Shown here in pieces: positions 37,555 through 47,410 of a DNA stretch of 64,000 nucleotides. The DNA lies in contig JAZORZ010000001.1 of assembly GCA_045656885.1 (NCBI GenBank), positions 12,366 to 76,365 on the forward strand, written 5' to 3'. How positions within the stretch are numbered: position 1 is the stretch's first letter; each line of letters opens with the position of its first letter. The notes under the pieces were generated by a model. It was not told the origin of the DNA, ran no database searches, and saw only the letters and a program-made list of their open reading frames with translations. Position numbers and translations under genes: made by a program. The stretch comes from Eubacteriales bacterium. Its GTDB lineage: Bacteria; Bacillota; Clostridia; Oscillospirales; CAG-272.

Positions 37555-38637
37555 ATGAAAAATACGTTTGGTCAAAGCGTAGCTGTCACCCTTTTTGGCG
37601 AGAGCCACGGCGAATACATCGGTGCGGTTCTGGACGGACTTGCACCCGGGTTGCACATTGACGAGCCCTTTATCCGCCATCAGCTTTCCTTGCGCCGTCC
37701 CGAGGGCAAAATTTCCACCTCTCGCGTTGAAACCGATGAATTCCGTATCGTCAGCGGCGTTTTTGAGGGAAAGACCACGGGCACACCGCTTTGCATTCTC
37801 ATTCCCAATACCAATACGCGCCCGGGCGACTACAACCGCAATATTCCGCGCCCGGGGCACGCCGATTACGCGGCAGAATGCAAATATCACGGTTATCAGG
37901 ACCACCGCGGGGGCGGACATTTTTCGGGCCGTATTACCGCGGCACTCGTAGCCGCAGGTGCTATTGCCATTTCCGCATTGCGACAAAACGGCATTCTCAT
38001 CGGCACGCACATCTCGCGCATTTCGGATATCTCTGACCGTTCCTTTATGGCATACGAATCCGACATCGAAACCTTAGCAGATCTTTCGTTCCCCGTACTC
38101 GACCACACAAAGGCAGACCTGATGCGTGCTTGCATTGAGGATGCCGCAAGCGAGGGGGATAGTGTTGGCGGCATTTTGGAGACTGCCGTTATCGGTCTCC
38201 CCGCAGGTATTGGAGAGCCGTGGTTCGATACGGTTGAAGGACTGCTTTCGCACGCGCTTTTCTCAATCCCCGCCATCAAGGGCGTAGAGTTTGGCACGGG
38301 CTTTGGCATGGCAGACCTGCGCGGCAGTCAAGCAAACGATGCTTTTTGCGCAGAAAACGGGCGCGTGATTACCAAAACCAACCACAACGGCGGCATCAAT
38401 GGCGGCATTACAAACGGTATGCCCGTTATCTTCCGCTGTGCGGTCAAGCCCACGCCGTCCATTTTTTGCGAGCAAGAGAGCGTTGACCTTGCCACGGGCA
38501 AAAATACCGCGCTCACCCTTGCGGGCAGACACGACCCCGCCATCATTCACCGTGCGCGCGTTGTTGTCGATAGCGTAGCCGCACTCGTTATTTGCGATTT
38601 GATGGCGCAACGCTTTGGAACGGATTTTCCGAAATAA
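37555..38637 (+). CDS. aroC: Chorismate synthase
   Basis: FGESHG, RRPG, GHADY, GGGHFSGR, GGINGGITNG. Confidence 0.95.
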   Translation: MKNTFGQSVAVTLFGESHGEYIGAVLDGLAPGLHIDEPFIRHQLSLRRPEGKISTSRVETDEFRIVSGVFEGKTTGTPLCILIPNTNTRPGDYNRNIPRPGHADYAAECKYHGYQDHRGGGHFSGRITAALVAAGAIAISALRQNGILIGTHISRISDISDRSFMAYESDIETLADLSFPVLDHTKADLMRACIEDAASEGDSVGGILETAVIGLPAGIGEPWFDTVEGLLSHALFSIPAIKGVEFGTGFGMADLRGSQANDAFCAENGRVITKTNHNGGINGGITNGMPVIFRCAVKPTPSIFCEQESVDLATGKNTALTLAGRHDPAIIHRARVVVDSVAALVICDLMAQRFGTDFPK

Positions 38638-38672
38638 TACAAGCAGAAAATAAAAGGGAAGGAGGTCACACA

Positions 38673-39917
38673 ATGCAGTACGGCTTAATTGGTGAAAAGC
38701 TGGGGCACAGCTTTTCAAAGGAGATACACGAGCGGCTCAAAAGCCACCCTTATGAGCTCGTAGAGCTTTCCCCACGCGAAATCGAAGCATTTTTTGCCGA
38801 AAAGAATTTTTCCGCCATTAACGTGACCATTCCTTACAAAACCGCAGTGATCCCTTATCTTTCGCACATCGACGGGCAAGCGCAAGCCATTGGCGCGGTC
38901 AATACCGTCCTCAACCGCGGGGGAGAGCTGTGGGGATACAACACTGATTTTTACGGCTTTTGCGCGCTTGTTGAGCATGCAAAAATCAAACTGAAAGATA
39001 AAAAAATCGCCATTCTCGGTACGGGCGGCACGTCCAAAACCGCCACCGCAGTTTCCAAGCATTTTGGAGCAAAAGAGATTTTGACCGTCAGCCGCACCAA
39101 AGGTGAGGGTGTTATTACGTATACGGAATTGGCAGAAAGACACAACAATGTTGAAGTTATCATCAACACCACACCCGTTGGAATGTACCCAAACGCCGAT
39201 GCTTGTCCTGTCGATCTTTCCGCTTTTTCAGGGCTTGAGGGTGTCATTGATGCCATCTATAACCCCTTGCGAACACAATTGATCATTGAGGCGCAGAAGC
39301 GCGGCATCTCTGCCGAGGGCGGACTTTATATGCTCGTTGCCCAAGCAGTGCGCGCGTCCGAGCTCTTCCTTGATTGCACGTACGGGCCAGACACCGCCGA
39401 GCACATTTACCGCGCTATTTTGAAAAAGACCGAAAACATCGTTCTTTCCGGCATGCCCGGCGCGGGAAAGAGCACTGTCGGCAAGGTTTTGGCGAAGGAG
39501 CTGAACAGAGAATTTTTTGACCTCGACGAGGAGATCGTCCGTGCTTCGGGCCGTTCCATTCCCGAGATCTTTGCCACCGAAGGGGAGAGTGTATTTCGCA
39601 CCCTTGAAACGCGCGTTTTGCGAGAGGGTTTGACTAACAAAAAGAATATCGTTCTTGCCACGGGCGGCGGCGCGATCTTGCACAATGAAAACGTCGATCT
39701 TTTGCACCGAAACGGCAGAATTTACTTTATTGACCGTCCTCTTGAGGCGCTTTTGCCTACTGAGGATAGACCGCTGGCTTCTTCGGCCGAAGCCATAAAA
39801 AAGCGGTACGAAGAACGCTATGACCGCTACTGCAGAACCGCCGATTGTCGCATTGACGGCGACGGAACCCCAAAAGAGGTTGCAGAGCGTATCGGAAAGG
39901 AGTTTTTTGGCTTATGA
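38673..39917 (+). CDS. aroE: Bifunctional shikimate dehydrogenase / shikimate kinase fusion
   Basis: The N-terminus has LIGEKLGHSFSKEIH, NVTIPYK, GAVNTV, NTDFYG and ILGTGGTSK (AroE). The C-terminus has SGMPGAGKSTVGKVLA, EGESVFRTLE and ATGGGAI (AroK). Start at ATG 38673 (RBS ggaaggagg). Confidence 0.85.
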   Translation: MQYGLIGEKLGHSFSKEIHERLKSHPYELVELSPREIEAFFAEKNFSAINVTIPYKTAVIPYLSHIDGQAQAIGAVNTVLNRGGELWGYNTDFYGFCALVEHAKIKLKDKKIAILGTGGTSKTATAVSKHFGAKEILTVSRTKGEGVITYTELAERHNNVEVIINTTPVGMYPNADACPVDLSAFSGLEGVIDAIYNPLRTQLIIEAQKRGISAEGGLYMLVAQAVRASELFLDCTYGPDTAEHIYRAILKKTENIVLSGMPGAGKSTVGKVLAKELNREFFDLDEEIVRASGRSIPEIFATEGESVFRTLETRVLREGLTNKKNIVLATGGGAILHNENVDLLHRNGRIYFIDRPLEALLPTEDRPLASSAEAIKKRYEERYDRYCRTADCRIDGDGTPKEVAERIGKEFFGL

Positions 39918-40363
39918 AGCTTTATATCATCAACGGCCCCAACCTCAACTTTTTGGGCATTCGCGAGCCCGCGCATTACGGCAATACCACATACAAAGAA
40001 CTCCTTGCTATGATTGAAACCCACGCCAAGGAGCGCGGAATTGAGGTCGTGTGCTACCAATCCAATCACGAGGGCGACCTTGTTGACAAAATCCAAGAGG
40101 CATATTGTGAGAAGGCAGACGGCATCGTAATCAACCCCGGTGCCTATACCCATACCAGTATTGCACTCCTCGATGCCGTCAAATCGGTTGGTATTCCCAC
40201 CGTTGAGGTGCATATCTCCAAGGTGGAGGAGCGCGAGGATTTTCGTCAAGTCAGTTACATTCGCGCCGCTTGCCAAAAAACGATTACAGGGCAGGGCGTT
40301 GCGGGATATTTACAAGCCATGGATTTTCTCTGTGAATTTCTCTCCAAAGGAGAGAACCGATGA
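39914..40363 (+). CDS. aroQ: Type II 3-dehydroquinate dehydratase
   Basis: INGPNLNFLGIREPAHYG, QSNHEG, NPGAYTHTSIAL. ATGA overlap with the upstream gene. Confidence 0.95.
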   Translation: MKLYIINGPNLNFLGIREPAHYGNTTYKELLAMIETHAKERGIEVVCYQSNHEGDLVDKIQEAYCEKADGIVINPGAYTHTSIALLDAVKSVGIPTVEVHISKVEEREDFRQVSYIRAACQKTITGQGVAGYLQAMDFLCEFLSKGENR

Positions 40364-41565
40364 ATATTCGCATTTTTCCGTCGGTCGCACGCGGAACCGT
40401 GAGTGCACCGCCCTCCAAAAGCATGGCACACCGACTTCTCATCTGTGCCGCACTCTCAAAAGGGGAGAGCCGTATTTCCGGTATTTCCGATTGCAAAGAT
40501 GTACAAGCCACCCTCGATTGCCTGCGCTCCCTTGGCGCAGATTGCAAAATGGATAATAACAAAGTTATTATCCAAGGTATCGATTTTACCAAATCTCCCA
40601 CCGCAGCTTTGCCTTGCCGCGAGAGCGGTAGCACGATGCGCTTCTTGCTCCCACTGTGCCTGCTTTCCTCTCAAGTAATGACGCTTACAGGCGCACCCTC
40701 GCTTTTGCGCCGCCCTATGACCGTTTATGCCGATCTTTGCCGCAAGCACGGCTTGCTCTTTGAACAAACCGAGCGCGGCATTACCGTCAAAGGTCCACTT
40801 TCCAAAGGGGAATACACACTCCCCGGTGACATCAGCAGCCAGTTCATCAGCGGTATGCTGTTTGCTCTAACACAAGTCGAGGGCGAGAGTATTTTGCATA
40901 TCCTGCCCCCGTTTGAGAGCCGCTCTTACGTGCTTCTTACTTTGCAAGCCCTCGCCGCATTTGGTGCAGAGATTGCTTGGATAGACGATAACACGCTCCG
41001 CATTTGCGGCGGTAAGCCGTTGACGGCGCAAGCCCTCACCGTTGAGGGGGACTATTCAAATGCCGCTTTTCTTTCCGCCTTCAATTTGCTTGGTGGGGAA
41101 GTGACTGTCACAGGTCTCGATCCCGCATCTCTGCAGGGCGACCGCATCTATTTTGAACATTTCAAAGTTCTGCAAAACGGCTTTGCAACTATATCGCTTG
41201 CCGATTGCCCCGACCTTGCCCCCATTCTGTTTGCCTTGGCGGCGGCGAAAAAGGGCGCAAGATTTACCGATACGCGCCGCCTTGCCATTAAGGAGAGCAA
41301 CAGAGCCGAGGCAATGGCGACCGAATTGCGCAAATTCGGCACGACCGTTGAGGTGTTGGAAAATGAAGTGATCATTACACCGACTGCTTTCCACGCACCG
41401 ACAGAACCCCTTTCGGGACACAACGATCACCGCATCCTTATGGCGCTTGCGGTTCTTGCAACGCTGACGGGCGGCATCATCACGGGCGTCGAGGCAGTTT
41501 CCAAGAGCTTTCCAAATTTTTTCGAGTGCTTGACTTCACTCGGCATTAAAACACAACAAATTTGA
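40360..41565 (+). CDS. aroA: 3-phosphoshikimate 1-carboxyvinyltransferase (EPSP synthase)
   Basis: PPSKSMAHRLLICAAL, ESGSTMRFLLP, GDISSQFISGMLFAL, KESNR, DHRILMAL. ATGA overlap with aroQ. Confidence 0.9.
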   Translation: MNIRIFPSVARGTVSAPPSKSMAHRLLICAALSKGESRISGISDCKDVQATLDCLRSLGADCKMDNNKVIIQGIDFTKSPTAALPCRESGSTMRFLLPLCLLSSQVMTLTGAPSLLRRPMTVYADLCRKHGLLFEQTERGITVKGPLSKGEYTLPGDISSQFISGMLFALTQVEGESILHILPPFESRSYVLLTLQALAAFGAEIAWIDDNTLRICGGKPLTAQALTVEGDYSNAAFLSAFNLLGGEVTVTGLDPASLQGDRIYFEHFKVLQNGFATISLADCPDLAPILFALAAAKKGARFTDTRRLAIKESNRAEAMATELRKFGTTVEVLENEVIITPTAFHAPTEPLSGHNDHRILMALAVLATLTGGIITGVEAVSKSFPNFFECLTSLGIKTQQI

Positions 41566-41590
41566 ACCCAACGAAAGGGAATTTTCCGTT

Positions 41591-42622
41591 ATGAATATGG
41601 AATTTTACCGCAAGCTTCCTATCCCGAAGGAAATCAAGGAGCAATATCCCGTCCCCCCTGCGATGAGCGCGCAAAGAGACGCGATTGTAGGTGAGCTGAA
41701 GCGGATTTTTGAAGGAAAAAGTGAAAAATTCCTCCTGGTGATTGGCCCTTGCTCGGCAGATAACGAGGATTCGGTCATCGACTATATCTCGCGCTTGCGC
41801 ACGGTACAGGAGAGGGTTGCCGATAAGATCGTTATCATTCCGCGCCTTTATACGACCAAGCCACGCACCACGGGGGAGGGCTACAAGGGTATGCTGCATC
41901 AGCCCGATCCCAATGCCGCTCCCGATCTGCTCCGCGGTATCGTTGCCAGCCGTCGCCTGCACCTGCGAGCCATGGCAGAGACCGGTTTTGGTTGTGCCGA
42001 TGAGTTGCTTTATCCCGAAAACCATAGATATCTTTCCGACCTGCTCGTTTACGTTGCGGTTGGCGCGCGTTCGGTAGAAAACCAACAGCACCGCCTCACG
42101 GCAAGTGGACTCGATATTCCCGTAGGTATGAAGAATCCCACGCGTGGAGATATGAGCGCTATGCTCAATTCGATCAATGCAGCGCAAGGGTCGCACACCT
42201 TCCTCTACCGCGGTTGGGAAGTTAAAAGCGCGGGAAATCCCCACGCTCATGCTATTTTGCGCGGATATGTGGATGAGAATGGCAAAATGATGCCGAATTA
42301 TGATTGGGAACACCTCATGCGCCTCTCGGAACTTTACGCCAAACAAAATCTGCAAAACCCTGCCGTCATTATTGACACAAACCACGCCAACTCGGGCAAA
42401 CAATGTCTCGAGCAAGTTCGCATTGCCAAAGAGGTGATGCAGTCAAGGCGTGAGTCAGGTGACATTCAAAAGCTCGTTAAGGGCTTGATGATAGAAAGCT
42501 ACATTGAAGACGGCGCACAAAAGATCGGCCCCGATGAAATTTACGGAAAGTCCATCACCGACCCCTGCCTTGGCTGGGAAAAGACCGAAAGACTCATTTT
42601 CGATCTTGCCGATATGCTTTAA
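41591..42622 (+). CDS. aroF: 3-deoxy-7-phosphoheptulonate (DAHP) synthase, class I alpha-like
   Basis: LLVIGPCSADN, KPRTT, GARSVENQQHR, IDTNHANS, YGKSITDPCLGWEKT. Confidence 0.85.
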   Translation: MNMEFYRKLPIPKEIKEQYPVPPAMSAQRDAIVGELKRIFEGKSEKFLLVIGPCSADNEDSVIDYISRLRTVQERVADKIVIIPRLYTTKPRTTGEGYKGMLHQPDPNAAPDLLRGIVASRRLHLRAMAETGFGCADELLYPENHRYLSDLLVYVAVGARSVENQQHRLTASGLDIPVGMKNPTRGDMSAMLNSINAAQGSHTFLYRGWEVKSAGNPHAHAILRGYVDENGKMMPNYDWEHLMRLSELYAKQNLQNPAVIIDTNHANSGKQCLEQVRIAKEVMQSRRESGDIQKLVKGLMIESYIEDGAQKIGPDEIYGKSITDPCLGWEKTERLIFDLADML

Positions 42623-42663
42623 TACAATTTCAAAACCATATAGATCAAGGAGATTTTTCTAAA

Positions 42664-43947
42664 ATGTCTGATTACAAAATCGAAACAAAATGCGTGCAGG
42701 GCGGTTATACCCCCGGCAACGGCGAACCCCGTCAAATTCCGATCGTACAGAGCACGACCTTCCACTATGACACCAGCGAGGATATGGCAAAGTTGTTTGA
42801 CCTTGAGGCATCGGGTTACTTCTATTCTCGCTTGCAAAATCCCACCTGCGACACCGTTGCAGCCAAGATCTGCGAGCTTGAGGGTGGAACTGCCGCAATG
42901 CTGACCTCGTCGGGTCAGGCGGCAAACTTCTATGCCGTTTTCAACATCGCCACCTGTGGCGACCACGTGGTTTCCGCCTCCACCATCTATGGCGGCACCT
43001 TTAACCTTTTCTCGGTTACCATGAAGAAGATGGGTATCGATTTCACCTTCGTTTCCCCCGATTGCACCGAGGAGGAGCTTGCGGCGGCTTTCCGTCCCAA
43101 CACCAAGGCAGTATTCGGCGAGACCATTGCAAACCCCGCGCTCACCGTTCTGGATATCGAAAAATTTGCCAAGGCGGCACACGCACACGGCGTTCCGCTT
43201 ATCATCGATAACACCTTTGCAACTCCCATCAACTGCCGTCCCTTTGAGTGGGGCGCCGACATCGTAACGCACTCCACCACCAAATATATGGACGGTCACG
43301 GCGCGGCTGTTGGCGGATGCATCGTTGACTCGGGCAACTTTGATTGGATGGCAAATGCCGAAAAATTCCCCGGTCTTTGCACCCCCGACGATAGCTACCA
43401 CGGCATCGTTTATGCCGAAAAGTTCGGTCAGGGTGGGGCATTCATTACCAAGGCGACCGCACAGCTCATGCGTGACTTCGGTTCCACTCCCGCACCGCAG
43501 AGTGCATTCTTGCTGAATCTCGGTCTTGAGAGCTTGCACGTCCGCATGGAGCGTCACTGTGCCAACGGTCTCGCGGTTGCAACATTTCTCAAATCTCATC
43601 CCAATGTAACTTGGGTGACCTATGCGGGCCTTGAAGGTGACAAATACTATGATATCGCTCAAAAGTACATGCCCAAGGGCACCTGCGGCGTTGTCAGCTT
43701 TGGCGTTAAGGGCGGCAGAAGCGCGGCAGAGAAGTTTATGAAGCATCTTAAAGTTGCCGCAATTGAGACGCACGTTGCCGACGCGCGCACCTGCTGTCTG
43801 CATCCCGCAAGTGCAACGCATAGACAAATGAGTGATGAAGAGCTCCTCGCAGCAGGCGTATCGGGTGACCTCGTTCGCTACTCTTGCGGACTTGAAAACG
43901 CCGACGATCTTATTGCCGATCTGAAACAAGCACTTGAATCCATCTAA
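42664..43947 (+). CDS. metY: O-acetylhomoserine sulfhydrylase (aminocarboxypropyltransferase)
   Basis: YSRLQNPT, HSTTKYMDGHG (PLP lysine), and the Cys/Met-metabolism PLP family layout. 427 aa. Confidence 0.85.
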   Translation: MSDYKIETKCVQGGYTPGNGEPRQIPIVQSTTFHYDTSEDMAKLFDLEASGYFYSRLQNPTCDTVAAKICELEGGTAAMLTSSGQAANFYAVFNIATCGDHVVSASTIYGGTFNLFSVTMKKMGIDFTFVSPDCTEEELAAAFRPNTKAVFGETIANPALTVLDIEKFAKAAHAHGVPLIIDNTFATPINCRPFEWGADIVTHSTTKYMDGHGAAVGGCIVDSGNFDWMANAEKFPGLCTPDDSYHGIVYAEKFGQGGAFITKATAQLMRDFGSTPAPQSAFLLNLGLESLHVRMERHCANGLAVATFLKSHPNVTWVTYAGLEGDKYYDIAQKYMPKGTCGVVSFGVKGGRSAAEKFMKHLKVAAIETHVADARTCCLHPASATHRQMSDEELLAAGVSGDLVRYSCGLENADDLIADLKQALESI

Positions 43948-43982
43948 TGTTTGTATATATAAATATGAAGGAGTAGGACAGA

Positions 43983-44930
43983 ATGCCCATTAAAATTCCG
44001 AATCAATTGCCTGCAACCAAAACGCTCGCCGAGGAAAACATCTTTGTTATGACCGACGAGCGAGCAGGGAAGCAGGATATCCGTCCCTTGCAGATCTTGA
44101 TGCTCAATCTCATGCCCACCAAGATCGATACCGAAACGCAGCTCTCCCGTCTTTTGGGTAACACCCCCTTGCAGGTGGAGCTGACGCTGATGCATACAAG
44201 CTCTCACAAATCCAAAAACACCTCCGAGGATCATCTCTTGGCGTTTTATACCACCTTTGATAAGGTGAAGGATCGCTATTTCGACGGTCTCGTGATCACA
44301 GGCGCACCCGTTGAGATGCTCGAATTTGAAGAAGTGGAGTATTGGAACGAGCTTTGCGAAATTATGGAGTGGAGCACAACGCACGTACATAGCACCTTCC
44401 ACATTTGTTGGGGAGCACAAGCGGGACTTTACTACCACTTTGGCGTCAAGAAGAAGACTCTTGATAAAAAAATGTTCGGCGTATTCCCGCACATTGCCGA
44501 CTACAAGCGTTCTATGCTCTTCCGCGGCTTTGATGATGTCTTTATGGTTCCGCATTCCCGCCACACCACCATCGACCGCGAGGATCTTGAGAATATTCCC
44601 GGACTCAAAATTTTGGCATCCTCACCCGAGGCAGGCGTGTTTGCGCTCTCGACTAAGAAGGGAAGACAGATCTTTATTACAGGTCACCCCGAGTACGATG
44701 CCGAAACCCTGGGACGCGAATATTGGCGCGATGTCAATGCAAACAAACCCATCGAAATTCCCAAAAACTACTATCCCGATAACGATCCCACAAAAGCACC
44801 CGTCTCCACGTGGCGCTCTTCGGCAAACCTCCTCTATTGCAACTGGCTCAACTACTTTGTTTACCAAACAACACCGTTCGATCTGCAAAAAATCAAGGAG
44901 GCGCACGCCGCTACCGACGACTCTATTTGA
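43983..44930 (+). CDS. metA: Homoserine O-acyltransferase (MetA family)
   Basis: [11 protein letters not shown]...[39 protein letters not shown]. Confidence 0.9.
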   Translation: MPIKIPNQLPATKTLAEENIFVMTDERAGKQDIRPLQILMLNLMPTKIDTETQLSRLLGNTPLQVELTLMHTSSHKSKNTSEDHLLAFYTTFDKVKDRYFDGLVITGAPVEMLEFEEVEYWNELCEIMEWSTTHVHSTFHICWGAQAGLYYHFGVKKKTLDKKMFGVFPHIADYKRSMLFRGFDDVFMVPHSRHTTIDREDLENIPGLKILASSPEAGVFALSTKKGRQIFITGHPEYDAETLGREYWRDVNANKPIEIPKNYYPDNDPTKAPVSTWRSSANLLYCNWLNYFVYQTTPFDLQKIKEAHAATDDSI

Positions 44931-44964
44931 CCGTCAAAACAAGCCACACTATTATAATAGGAAA

Positions 44965-45010
44965 GAAGTCGCACAGGCAGCTCAGGCAGGTCTTGTGCGG
45001 CTTCTTTTTT
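44965..45010 (+). terminator. Terminator at the end of the aro-met operon
   Basis: gaagtcgcacag ... cttgtgcggcttc followed by tttttt. Confidence 0.65.
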
Positions 45011-45088
45011 GCCCTCAAAAAAGCGCAATTTTTGACCAAAAAAGCAACATTTGTCGCATCTTTGTCAAAAAATTAACTTGTCGAAAAA

Positions 45089-45104
45089 CCACAAAATATA
45101 GTGT
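45089..45104 (+). promoter_or_regulatory. NrdR box 1
   Basis: ccACAAAATATAGTGT matches the 16-bp NrdR palindrome acaCwAtATaTwGtgt at 13 of 16 positions. Confidence 0.6.
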
Positions 45105-45111
45105 TTTGCCC

Positions 45112-45139
45112 TTGACAAAAACACAAAATATGGTATAAT
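45112..45139 (+). promoter_or_regulatory. Sigma-A promoter for nrdDG
   Basis: TTGACA, 16 nt spacer, TATAAT, with TGg extended -10. Confidence 0.65.
45121..45136 (+). promoter_or_regulatory. NrdR box 2 (overlaps the spacer and -10)
   Basis: ACACAAAATATGGTAT matches the consensus at 13 of 16 positions. Its start is 32 bp from box 1, about three helical turns, the usual tandem arrangement. Confidence 0.6.
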
Positions 45140-45233
45140 ATAGATACCCTTTAGGCATATTAGCAAAGGCGTTGTTAAATGTGACAAATTTGCTTGCATA
45201 TATTTTGTAAATTATAAACAAAAGGAGGAGAAA

Positions 45234-47408
45234 ATGAAGGTTATTAAGAGAAACAGCTCCGAAGTTACGTTCGATATCAGTAAGATCATTACCGCCATTA
45301 CGAAGGCAAACGAAGCTGTTGAAGAAGACGCAAGAATGACACCCATGCAGATCAAACGCATCGCCGAGGCGGTGGAGCTGAGTTGTATCCGCATGAACCG
45401 CGCCCCCGAGGTAGAGGAGATTCAGGATCTGGTCGAGTCCCAGATCATGGCACACGGTGCTTACGAGGTAGCAAAAAAGTATATTACTTACCGCTACACC
45501 CGTGCCCTTGTTCGCCGCTCCAACACCACCGATGAAAAGATTTTGAGCTTAATTGAGTGCTGCAACGAAGAAGCCAAGCAAGAAAATGCAAATAAGAACC
45601 CCACCGTCAACAGCGTACAGCGCGACTATAAGGCAGGTGAGGTCAGCCGCGACATTACCACCCGTTTGCTCCTTCCCGAGGAGATCGTTCAGGCACACGA
45701 AGAGGGTATTATCCACTTCCACGATGCCGACTACTACGCACAGCACATGCACAACTGCGATCTCGTTAACCTTGAGGATATGCTCCAAAACGGAACAGTC
45801 ATTTCTGGCACGATGATCGAGCGTCCCCACAGCTTTTCCACTGCTTGCAACATCGCAACACAAATCATTGCACAGGTTGCAAGTAACCAATACGGCGGCC
45901 AGAGCATCTCGCTCACACATCTCGCACCTTTTGTACAGGTAAGCCGCGAAAAAATCACAAGAGCTGTCAAAGAGGAAATGGCATCTATCGGCACTGAGCT
46001 GAACGACGAGCAACTTTCCAAAATCGTTGAAAAGCGTTTGCGCGAAGAGATCAGCAAGGGCGTTCAAACCATTCAGTATCAGGTTGTAACTCTGCTCACC
46101 ACCAACGGTCAGGCACCCTTTGTTACCGTGTTTATGTACCTTGGCGAAGCTCGCAACGAGCAAGAAAAGAAAGACCTCGCTATTATTATTGAAGAAACTC
46201 TCCTGCAACGCTACGAGGGCGTTAAGAACGAAGAAGGCGTTTACGTTACCCCCGCGTTCCCCAAGCTCATCTACGTTTTGGAGGAGCAGAACATTCACGA
46301 GGATTCTCCTTACTACTACCTTACCAAGCTTTCGGCAAAGTGCACCGCGCGCCGTATGGTTCCCGACTACATCTCTGAGAAGAAGATGCTTGAGCTCAAG
46401 GTTGACAAGAATGGGGAAGGTCACTGCTACACCTGCATGGGTTGCCGCAGCTTCCTGACTCCTTACGTTGACGAGAACGGAAAGCCCAAGTACTACGGCC
46501 GCTTCAACCAAGGCGTTGTTACCATCAACCTGCCCGACGTAGCACTTTCCTCGGGCGGAAACATCGAAAAATTCTGGAAGATCTTTGACGAGCGCCTCGA
46601 GCTTTGCCACAAGGCACTCATGTGCCGCCACGAGAGATTGAAGGGCACTCGCTCCGACGTTGCTCCCATTTTGTGGCAATACGGCGCACTTGCACGGCTG
46701 AAGAAGGGCGAGCCCATCGATAAGCTCCTCTTTGGCGGATATTCCACCATTTCTCTCGGCTATGCAGGTCTTTACGAGTGCGTTAAGTACATGACCGGCA
46801 AGAGCCACACCGACCCCGCGGCTACCCCCTTTGCGCTCAGCGTTATGCAGTACCTCAACGATGCCTGCAAAAAGTGGAAGGCAGAGCACAACATCGACTT
46901 CAGCTTGTATGGCACGCCGCTCGAATCCACCACCTATAAGTTTGCAAAGTGCCTGCAAAAGAGATTCGGTGTCGTTCCCGGCATCAACGATAAGGGATAT
47001 ATCACCAACAGCTACCACATTCACGTAACCGAGGAGATCGACGCCTTCTCTAAGCTGGCGTTTGAGGCACAGTTCCAGCAACTTTCTCCCGGTGGCGCAA
47101 TCAGCTATGTTGAGGTTCCCAACATGCAACAAAACCTCGAGGCAGTCCTGCAGGTTATGCGCTTCATCTACGATAACATTATGTATGCCGAGCTGAACAC
47201 CAAGTCCGACTACTGCCAAGAGTGCGGCTGGGACGGCGAAATTGACATCGTAGAGGTTGACGGCAAGCTCATTTGGAAGTGCCCCAAGTGCGGTAACACC
47301 GACCAAAGCAAAATGAACGTAGCGCGCCGTACCTGCGGCTACATCGGTACGCAGTATTGGAATCAGGGCAGAACGCAAGAGATCAAGGAGCGCGTACTGC
47401 ATCTGTAA
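45234..47408 (+). CDS. nrdD: Anaerobic ribonucleoside-triphosphate reductase
   Basis: 724 aa. N-terminal ATP-cone. C-terminal Zn ribbon CQECGW...CPKCG. Glycyl-radical motif RRTCGYIG. Confidence 0.95.
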   Translation: MKVIKRNSSEVTFDISKIITAITKANEAVEEDARMTPMQIKRIAEAVELSCIRMNRAPEVEEIQDLVESQIMAHGAYEVAKKYITYRYTRALVRRSNTTDEKILSLIECCNEEAKQENANKNPTVNSVQRDYKAGEVSRDITTRLLLPEEIVQAHEEGIIHFHDADYYAQHMHNCDLVNLEDMLQNGTVISGTMIERPHSFSTACNIATQIIAQVASNQYGGQSISLTHLAPFVQVSREKITRAVKEEMASIGTELNDEQLSKIVEKRLREEISKGVQTIQYQVVTLLTTNGQAPFVTVFMYLGEARNEQEKKDLAIIIEETLLQRYEGVKNEEGVYVTPAFPKLIYVLEEQNIHEDSPYYYLTKLSAKCTARRMVPDYISEKKMLELKVDKNGEGHCYTCMGCRSFLTPYVDENGKPKYYGRFNQGVVTINLPDVALSSGGNIEKFWKIFDERLELCHKALMCRHERLKGTRSDVAPILWQYGALARLKKGEPIDKLLFGGYSTISLGYAGLYECVKYMTGKSHTDPAATPFALSVMQYLNDACKKWKAEHNIDFSLYGTPLESTTYKFAKCLQKRFGVVPGINDKGYITNSYHIHVTEEIDAFSKLAFEAQFQQLSPGGAISYVEVPNMQQNLEAVLQVMRFIYDNIMYAELNTKSDYCQECGWDGEIDIVEVDGKLIWKCPKCGNTDQSKMNVARRTCGYIGTQYWNQGRTQEIKERVLHL

Positions 47409-47410
47409 TT

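Noticed and set aside
45079-45085. Spo0A box TGTCGAA just upstream of the nrdDG promoter.
   Set aside because: A single 7-mer is expected several times by chance in 64 kb on two strands. There is no second box or known biological link. The region is better explained by the NrdR boxes.
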